IMG/VR virus record: IMGVR_UViG_3300035701_000195
Coordinates: 1-29,764 of that record
Source: a virus
Lineage: Duplodnaviria; Caudoviricetes
Strand: one strand, 5' to 3'
DNA: 29,764 nucleotides
Position 1 is the first letter of the stretch, and each line of letters opens with the position of its first letter. Positions 24,281 to 29,764 of this stretch are shown here, piece after piece. The notes beneath the pieces were generated by a model, which ran no database searches, was not told where the DNA came from, and was given only the letters and a program-made list of their open reading frames with translations. The translations under genes were made by a program, and so were the position numbers.

Positions 24281-24784
24281 TTACAGTACTGTGCTGTACA
24301 TGAACTTGAGCAGGCCCGCGCTCGTCCGCGTGATGTAGTGAACGGCGGCAGATGAACCCGTGTCATTGGTCCGAATGACGGTCGAGGCGAGAGACGTGGC
24401 TTTACTGAGGGCCGCCGTCGCTTGCGAAATAGCGTTACTTACCGCATCGGACTGAGCCGCAACGACACTACTGGCCTTTACGGCCTTGCTCACCGCATTG
24501 CTCGCCGCACTTAGGGCATCGCTCACGTTAGATTGCAAGCCCGCCGCGATACTACTGGCCGAATTCGCATGGGTCAATGCATGAGACGCCGCACTCAAGG
24601 CGTCCGAAACCCCGGAAGCAAAACCATCCCAAGTCGCAGACCGAGCCGCAACCGCACTCACGGCGGCAGAGGCATCCAGGTCCCATACGGCAGACCCGGC
24701 GCCGATTTTAGACATGGCCTTTGAGGCCGCATCGCTTGCCGTAGCGATATCCGCAGGCTTAAAAGTCAAACTTGCATCAGCCAT
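24281..24784 (-). CDS. Ser/Ala-rich repetitive fibre-like protein (167 aa)
   Basis: Start at ATG 24784 (RBS aaggag) rather than track 24874. Repeated SDA.S.A.S.A units. Confidence 0.7.
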   Translation of the reverse strand: MADASLTFKPADIATASDAASKAMSKIGAGSAVWDLDASAAVSAVAARSATWDGFASGVSDALSAASHALTHANSASSIAAGLQSNVSDALSAASNAVSKAVKASSVVAAQSDAVSNAISQATAALSKATSLASTVIRTNDTGSSAAVHYITRTSAGLLKFMYSTVL

Positions 24785-25367
24785 TTGATTTCTCCTTCGC
24801 AGATTGGGGCACCGTCTCGTCGTTTCTACAAACGGCGATAAGCGGGTTTTCATATTGGCCGGCCAGCGGCTCAAGCCTATAATTCCTTATACTAACCGAG
24901 ACGAAATGCCGCTTCAGGATGCCCTCCAATTCCTTCGGGGCATATTCCCTGACGTGGCTTTCGCCTTTCCGATATCGGCTTAACCGATTCGGCGTGGAGA
25001 GGATAAGGGTTCCATCCTTAGTCATCATTTTCTTGACATTCTCAAGGGCCGATTTCTCGTCCTTGATATGCTCAAGAACATCTATCATCACGATATAATT
25101 GAATTCCTGCCCGGATATCCCCTTAACGATATCACCGTACTCATAGTGCAGATTCCGGAAGGGGAAGACGGCCTTCGCAAACTGGATTGCATTCTCGTCG
25201 ATCTCATAGCCATAGACTTCATTGGCATTGACATTCAAGAGATGCGTTCCGAAGCCGGTCCCGAATCCTATGTCGGCAACCTTGTTCCGGACGACCTTCT
25301 TGATGACATCATATATATCGAATTGCGGACTAAGGACGTACTTAAACCGATTCCAAATCAGGTACAC
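24777..25367 (-). CDS. Class I SAM-dependent methyltransferase (196 aa)
   Basis: VADIGFGTGFG, DVLEHI, LILSTPN and HVREY, a pattern seen in glycan-cluster methyltransferases. Confidence 0.88.
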   Translation of the reverse strand: MYLIWNRFKYVLSPQFDIYDVIKKVVRNKVADIGFGTGFGTHLLNVNANEVYGYEIDENAIQFAKAVFPFRNLHYEYGDIVKGISGQEFNYIVMIDVLEHIKDEKSALENVKKMMTKDGTLILSTPNRLSRYRKGESHVREYAPKELEGILKRHFVSVSIRNYRLEPLAGQYENPLIAVCRNDETVPQSAKEKSNG

Positions 25368-25369
25368 GA

Positions 25370-25564
25370 TTATAATCCCGGCAACATGTTGGTCAGTTTA
25401 ATAATGCGGGCCAGAAGATATTGCCGCTCCTTTTCGGCAACGGTCAGTTCTTCTCTGAGGGGGTTAAGAAGACCGTCAAGCCGATTCAATTCTGCATTAA
25501 CGACGGATAATTTTCCTCTGGCTGTGTCGAGTTTCCTTTGGATTTCTTCTTTTTCATTTGGCAT
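25370..25564 (-). CDS. Small coiled-coil protein (64 aa)
   Basis: MPNEKEEIQRKLDTARGKLSVVNAELNRLDGLLNPLREELTVAEKERQYLLARIIKL shows a heptad pattern. The ATG lies 1 nt after the upstream stop; the track's longer 165-aa version overlaps another gene. Confidence 0.7.
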   Translation of the reverse strand: MPNEKEEIQRKLDTARGKLSVVNAELNRLDGLLNPLREELTVAEKERQYLLARIIKLTNMLPGL

Positions 25565-25565
25565 A

Positions 25566-25943
25566 TTATGGCTCCGGTACGTCGTCATAAACGACGACCA
25601 CTTTGTTGGCAGCATCCAACCGTATCCGTTTGACCTGATATTCTGTCGATGGAGGATTGCTCGTGATGAATTGGTCAAACACTCCGATGACTGAAACATT
25701 CGAGAGCGTATATGCGACGATCCCGGCCCCCGATACATTGATGTCATACTCGCCCGGGTCCGCATAGAATACGAAGCGCCCGTTGGCATCCGTAGCAAAC
25801 GGGTTCGCCTGCGCCGCGCCCGCCGGGCTTGAATAGATCGTCGAAGCCACGACCGTTCCGGGCGCATAGACGGTTATCGTGGCAAGCGTTCCCGTCCCGG
25901 CCGTGTCGATGACGGTATTGTGGTATGCGACCTTGTTTGCCAT
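25566..25943 (-). CDS. Stand-alone particle-attachment-like beta domain (125 aa)
   Basis: ITVY..GT...STIYS.....ANPF.TDANG.F.FYA.PG.YDI.VSG resembles N-terminal anchoring domains of phage tailspikes/fibres. Confidence 0.6.
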   Translation of the reverse strand: MANKVAYHNTVIDTAGTGTLATITVYAPGTVVASTIYSSPAGAAQANPFATDANGRFVFYADPGEYDINVSGAGIVAYTLSNVSVIGVFDQFITSNPPSTEYQVKRIRLDAANKVVVVYDDVPEP

Positions 25944-25944
25944 G

Positions 25945-26193
25945 CTAATACCTTTTGGTCTTGTTGAACGATGAGCGGGTCATCTTGTCCTTCGGGGCCT
26001 GGCGGATAAACTTCGGTACGGCGACATCGGTCACGGGCGTGGCACGTGGTCCTGTGGCGACGGGATTGTCACGTTCAATAACGGCTAATTTATAGATATC
26101 GACAAGCCAGTGGACCGTCGTCTGCGATGCCGCATCCTTGATATCGCCGGGTTTATTCGATCCCCAAGCCTTGATAAACCTCAGTTTTGTCAT
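25945..26193 (-). CDS. Small head-associated hypothetical protein (82 aa)
   Basis: RBS aaggag. The KLRFIKAW....PGD...LV...A N-terminus and basic P.DKM.R tail resemble small proteins found after HK97-type capsid genes. Confidence 0.7.
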   Translation of the reverse strand: MTKLRFIKAWGSNKPGDIKDAASQTTVHWLVDIYKLAVIERDNPVATGPRATPVTDVAVPKFIRQAPKDKMTRSSFNKTKRY

Positions 26194-26265
26194 AATGTCT
26201 CCTTCGGATAGCCGATTTATAGCCCTTTTTTGGCCGCCGGATGCCCCAGGATCGATTTTCCAGCC

Positions 26266-26433
26266 TTACTCCGTATGGTGGGCAGGGGGTGAAGGTGTTT
26301 TTGCCTCAGCCGGCTCAACTTTCCGAGCATAGCCGCCCTCGATCAAAACATGGGCGAATTCGTCAGACACCGCCCGCCGCTGGCCGACTCGCCAACAGCA
26401 CTTATATTCTCGGATGATCTCGATCTCTATCAT
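26266..26433 (-). CDS. Small hypothetical protein (55 aa; not in the ORF track)
   Basis: MIEIEIIREYKCCWRVGQRRAVSDEFAHVLIEGGYARKVEPAEAKTPSPPAHHTE has the same pattern as 25945..26193; no clear RBS. Confidence 0.55.
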   Translation of the reverse strand: MIEIEIIREYKCCWRVGQRRAVSDEFAHVLIEGGYARKVEPAEAKTPSPPAHHTE

Positions 26434-26449
26434 GCGATTATTAGGATGG

Positions 26450-26484
26450 AAGAAAAACCGGGAAGGGCCGAAACCCTCCCCGGT
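26450..26484 (-). terminator. Intrinsic terminator after the capsid/decoration genes
   Basis: ACCGGGGAGGG-U-UUCG-G-CCCUUCCCGGU followed by UUUUCUU (UUCG loop). A T-run on the other side suggests it may be bidirectional. Confidence 0.85.
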
Positions 26485-26520
26485 CCTTTTTTACAATGAA
26501 TGATCTGAATCTGGTTCTGA

Positions 26521-26931
26521 TTAGGCGGGCAGGGTAGCCTGTTTGTATCTGGCCCGATCGCGTGCACAAATAGCACCGACAACAAAAGCCTGCGACGCCG
26601 TTTCGGTCAGAAGAATCCCAACGTGGGTATAGCCACCCGTGACATTGAGGTCTTCCCCACGCACCTGAATGACGGTAAGCCCATCAGCCGTAGTGATTGT
26701 AGACACGGCTCCGGTTACATCGGCTTCCGTTCCAGCTGCGCCGATCCGTTGTCTGACCTGTGCCGTCAAGGACGCTGAACCCGTTCTCGCCCCCGTGAAT
26801 ACAATGAAGGCGGCAAGATCATAATTGGCCATGCTGAAATACGTCGGCGTGTTTGCGTTATTGTTCCGCGTCGCCTGAACCGCAGCCACGTCGGTCTTGA
26901 TATGGCTCGTAAAAGTGTGAACGTTTCCCAT
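26521..26931 (-). CDS. Putative capsid decoration protein (136 aa)
   Basis: Directly follows the capsid genes, with strong RBS taggag and a downstream terminator. All-beta composition with an ARY motif near the C-terminus. Confidence 0.6.
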   Translation of the reverse strand: MGNVHTFTSHIKTDVAAVQATRNNNANTPTYFSMANYDLAAFIVFTGARTGSASLTAQVRQRIGAAGTEADVTGAVSTITTADGLTVIQVRGEDLNVTGGYTHVGILLTETASQAFVVGAICARDRARYKQATLPA

Positions 26932-26954
26932 TTATTAACTCCTAAAAACTAATT

Positions 26955-27980
26955 CTAGCTGGACGTGGTCAAAACCACGAAGGCCGAGACCGTCTCGCCC
27001 CCGAGCCTTGGCGTGACGGGAGCATCCATTATAGGCTGTCCATCTACACGCAATACCACTCGCCAGAATGTCTCATCGGTCAGGAAGCCGTAGCTCCCTG
27101 GGACTTCCCGAGACGCGGAAATCTCTAAACTCCGATTGCCGATTACATAGTGGTTCCAATCGGCAAGAATAATGTCGCCCGTCGTACCGGCCGCCGAACA
27201 CTTCTCCGTCGGGATGATCGGACACCCCATACAGGTCATGTCTGCCAAGTCGATAATTCCATAAGCATTCGACCCGGCCGTCGCATCGTTCGCCCAGTTC
27301 GCAAGGACTGTAGGATTGATGAGCCAAACGGCTCGCTTCCAGGAATCGGGAAGCAGTCGCCCTGCCATTTGTGCGATGTCAGCCGGGACCGGAGTTCCGG
27401 GCCAAGCCGTGCGTGCGTGCGCGATAGTCGCCGGGGCGTTCATGATGCCGAGCGGTTGCCCGGTGCCCGTGCCCCAAACGTAGTAATAGTCTTCTTCGAA
27501 TGCCAGCGCCTGTCCGAACGAGAGCTGCATGAATTCTCCGAAATTGGGATAGTCGGCTACGAGTTCATTCGATGCAAATAGACTGCCGACGAGTTTATGC
27601 ACCGTTAGTTCGAGTTCTCCGAGGGCCGGTTTGGATATGACAAGTGACTTGTCGCCGCCCTCGTATTTCCACGTGAATGTGATCCCGCCGAAATAGGAAG
27701 AGACTCGGGACGATTCCACGAGTCTCCGAATTTTCAGCGAATCGCTGGACATCTGAAGCACTTTTGCCCGAGGCCGGACGATGCTGTTCTCAAGGGCGAT
27801 ATTGTAAATCCCCGCAGCCCATTCCTCGGGGCATAGGAAGCCCCCTTGAGCATCGCTCCCCTCGGCCATGTGCCCGGCCGTCTTCAGCCGGGAGTCCCGA
27901 ATGCCTTCGACACAAGCCCGGCGGACACGTGACAAGTACTCTCCGAAACACTTAAACCCGCCTTTTGGATCTTTTTCCAT
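26955..27980 (-). CDS. Second HK97-fold capsid protein paralogue lacking the N-terminal extension (341 aa)
   Basis: GGFLCPEE, S.EL..D, G.GTGQPLGI, GDIILADW..Y, F.TDET..R...RVDGQP and SAFVVL motifs. Confidence 0.92.
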   Translation of the reverse strand: MEKDPKGGFKCFGEYLSRVRRACVEGIRDSRLKTAGHMAEGSDAQGGFLCPEEWAAGIYNIALENSIVRPRAKVLQMSSDSLKIRRLVESSRVSSYFGGITFTWKYEGGDKSLVISKPALGELELTVHKLVGSLFASNELVADYPNFGEFMQLSFGQALAFEEDYYYVWGTGTGQPLGIMNAPATIAHARTAWPGTPVPADIAQMAGRLLPDSWKRAVWLINPTVLANWANDATAGSNAYGIIDLADMTCMGCPIIPTEKCSAAGTTGDIILADWNHYVIGNRSLEISASREVPGSYGFLTDETFWRVVLRVDGQPIMDAPVTPRLGGETVSAFVVLTTSS

Positions 27981-27993
27981 ATTCAGCCCCTAA

Positions 27994-29217
27994 TTAGCTT
28001 GTGGCTGCGGACAGTTGCACGAACGGCGAGAACGTATGAGCACCCCGCCGCGAGGTGATGGTTGTCTGCGGCCAGCATTGGCCGGCAACCCTAAGAACGA
28101 AGCGCCAGCAGGTCTCGTCCGTGGCGAATGCGACATGTGTGGAACTATCAATCGTGATGGACTGGCGGTCGCCGATGAGGTAGTACCGGAAGTCGGCGAA
28201 CAGAATATCGCCCGCCGTGCCGAGCGCCTGCAACTTTTCGCTGATGATGACGGGCCGCCCCAGGATAGTCCAAGCGCCAATGCTATCCTTGAAATTGGGT
28301 TGCCAGATCAGGATCTTGCCGCTGGCGTCGGCTGCGTTTCCGCTTCCGAGTTCAAGAAGTTCGGCCATAACCGTCGGGCCGATAACCCAAACGGCATTAC
28401 CGAGTGAAGCAGGGAGCATGGACTGGTACATCTCGGCAATGTCTTCAGCATGCACCCGGTTGGAGGTATTGCGGAGGACGCTCTTCAGACAACCGCAGTT
28501 GAAAACGCCCAGGGGTTGACCCCCGCCGCCGCCAAAAAGAAAGGCATCATCTTCATAGTATCCCCAGGCCGAACCGAATTGACGCCGGATAAGAGGTTCC
28601 AGAGCGATGGCGCTGTCGGCCAAGAGTTCATTCGACGTATAGGTGAGCCCGGCAAGCTTGTGGGGCGTGAGTTCCAGCTGCCCAAAGGTCGGCTTGGAAG
28701 GGGTCTTGTCTTTTGCTTCGCCCGTCCAATAGGCGACGATGCCGCCGAAAACGGTGCTGGCGTGTGAAGTGTCGTTAACGTAGGGGATTTTCAGCGAATC
28801 GGTAGCCATGGGGATAATGGTCGCCCGGGGCCTTACAACGGCACCCTCAAGGGCGATCTCCTGGAGTTCCATCCGGTATTCTTCGGGAACGAGGAATCCG
28901 CCCTGGCTGTCTTCCCCGATTTCCATGTGACCCGTAGTTTTGTTGACCGTGCCGGGCATAAAGGACAGCCGTGGATCGATAGTGCGATTGATACGAACGT
29001 CGCGTGCAGCAATGAGAAATTCGCCGAAGGATTTGAATTTTGCCTTGGATTGTGGCTCAAGGACAACTTCGCCTGCCGGCTTGAGTTCATCCTTGAGTTT
29101 GTTGGTTGCATCGGCCAGTTGTTCTTTCAACTGACCCTTAATGTGCTCATCAATGGTGGTCGCCAGGATGGCGTCGGTCCTATCCTTAATGAGTTTATCG
29201 AGTTCTTCTTTAGTCAT
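27994..29217 (-). CDS. HK97-fold major capsid protein (407 aa)
   Basis: GGFLVPEEY, SNELLADSAI, GGGQPLG, GRPVI.SEK, GDILFADF.YY and SPFVQL motifs; helical N-terminal extension; RBS ggagg. Confidence 0.95.
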   Translation of the reverse strand: MTKEELDKLIKDRTDAILATTIDEHIKGQLKEQLADATNKLKDELKPAGEVVLEPQSKAKFKSFGEFLIAARDVRINRTIDPRLSFMPGTVNKTTGHMEIGEDSQGGFLVPEEYRMELQEIALEGAVVRPRATIIPMATDSLKIPYVNDTSHASTVFGGIVAYWTGEAKDKTPSKPTFGQLELTPHKLAGLTYTSNELLADSAIALEPLIRRQFGSAWGYYEDDAFLFGGGGGQPLGVFNCGCLKSVLRNTSNRVHAEDIAEMYQSMLPASLGNAVWVIGPTVMAELLELGSGNAADASGKILIWQPNFKDSIGAWTILGRPVIISEKLQALGTAGDILFADFRYYLIGDRQSITIDSSTHVAFATDETCWRFVLRVAGQCWPQTTITSRRGAHTFSPFVQLSAATS

Positions 29218-29290
29218 AGTAGACCCTCCATTGGTCTGTGTGGAATTTGTTAAGATGTCCCGTCCATCCCTTGTTCGGCTATCATCTCCA

Positions 29291-29457
29291 CGTCCGGGCT
29301 TACCCCACTAATGGCTTGAAATCCATTTCCGTGGGGTAATTTGGATGCTGACGATTCCGCCGTTTTTAGAGATGCGGCGACATCGGCCTGTTGTCAGAAT
29401 GTTATCTGAACAGAAGGTCGCCCGCGTACTTGACGTGGGTGAGCGTATGGTCAGATA
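29291..29457 (+). ncRNA. Candidate structured RNA element (three adjacent hairpins); strand tentative
   Basis: Stems at 29291-29347, 29348-29397 and 29403-29457. Imperfect pairs are G-U on the + strand but A-C on the - strand. Confidence 0.4.
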
Positions 29458-29460
29458 TGA

Positions 29461-29764
29461 TTAGATAACCCTCCCCCTGATTTTAGCCAAGGCAACCTCG
29501 ATAGCCTCAGCAACAGCCTTCTTGTAATCCGCGCTTCGGATGTATTCATCAATCAGCACCTCGGCAGTCTTGTCGGGCGCGGACGATTCAATGACGATGT
29601 CCGGCTCAGGTTCGAAGGCGATGTCCTCAATGGGCGTAGGCGTTGGTATAGACGCCGGCGCAGGAGTTAGCTGAAGCCGTGCTAGGATGGCCGCAACGTC
29701 CTGCCTGAGTGATGCGAGTTCAGAGGCCACATCAATTTCCTTCCTGTCAAATATCGATGGAATA
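29461..29764 (-). CDS. C-terminal fragment of the upstream gene, probably prohead protease/scaffold
   Basis: The frame stays open to the window edge (IPSIFDRKEIDVASEL...). Pro-rich linker plus terminal helix ending KIRGRVI; position immediately before the major capsid gene. Confidence 0.6.
   Translation of the reverse strand, partial: IPSIFDRKEIDVASELASLRQDVAAILARLQLTPAPASIPTPTPIEDIAFEPEPDIVIESSAPDKTAEVLIDEYIRSADYKKAVAEAIEVALAKIRGRVI

Noticed and set aside
24785-25867. Track N-terminal extensions of 25370..25867 and 24281..24874 (likewise 18381..19259 and 22094..22642)
   Set aside because: The extensions overlap upstream genes. Downstream ATGs supported by an RBS, stop-start coupling or paralogue alignment are better starts.
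19750-25943. Diversity-generating retroelement or invertible fibre cassette
   Set aside because: No reverse transcriptase or recombinase, and I saw no long near-identical or inverted DNA repeats.
27981-27996. Readthrough or frameshift fusion of the two capsid genes (T7 10A/10B style)
   Set aside because: The genes are in different frames, and a TAG at 27992-27990 closes the second gene's frame just upstream of its ATG.
27-29253. Numerous plus-strand ORFs in the track (e.g. 27..461, 3915..4502, 8724..9365, 25068..25694)
   Set aside because: They lie antisense to well-supported minus-strand genes and have no recognisable motifs, as expected for shadow ORFs in moderately GC-rich DNA.

Overview
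This is a 29.8-kb slice of a tailed-phage or prophage morphogenesis operon of the siphovirus type (HK97-like head, non-contractile tail). Every credible gene is on the minus strand and most are translationally coupled. In transcription order (high to low coordinates) it holds: the 3' end of a probable protease/scaffold gene, a 240-bp structured intergenic region, two tandem HK97-fold capsid paralogues, a probable decoration protein and small head proteins, then a first modification cassette (2 methyltransferases and a GT4 interleaved with Ser/Ala-rich fibre-like proteins). Next come fibre/adaptor-like virion proteins, the head-tail connector, head closure and HK97 gp10. A 9.2-kb glycan cassette follows (DegT aminotransferase, GNAT, a DNA methyltransferase, 4 GT2s, 2 methyltransferases and a GT2-LicD-cytidylyltransferase-GT2 fusion), then the tail terminator, tail tube, tail chaperone with a -1 frameshift, tape measure and tail-tip genes. 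The main candidate novel system is a phage-encoded, multi-step virion glycosylation and glycan-tailoring pathway embedded in the structural operon. All family calls come from motif recognition by eye; no searches were run. The host cannot be identified from this window.
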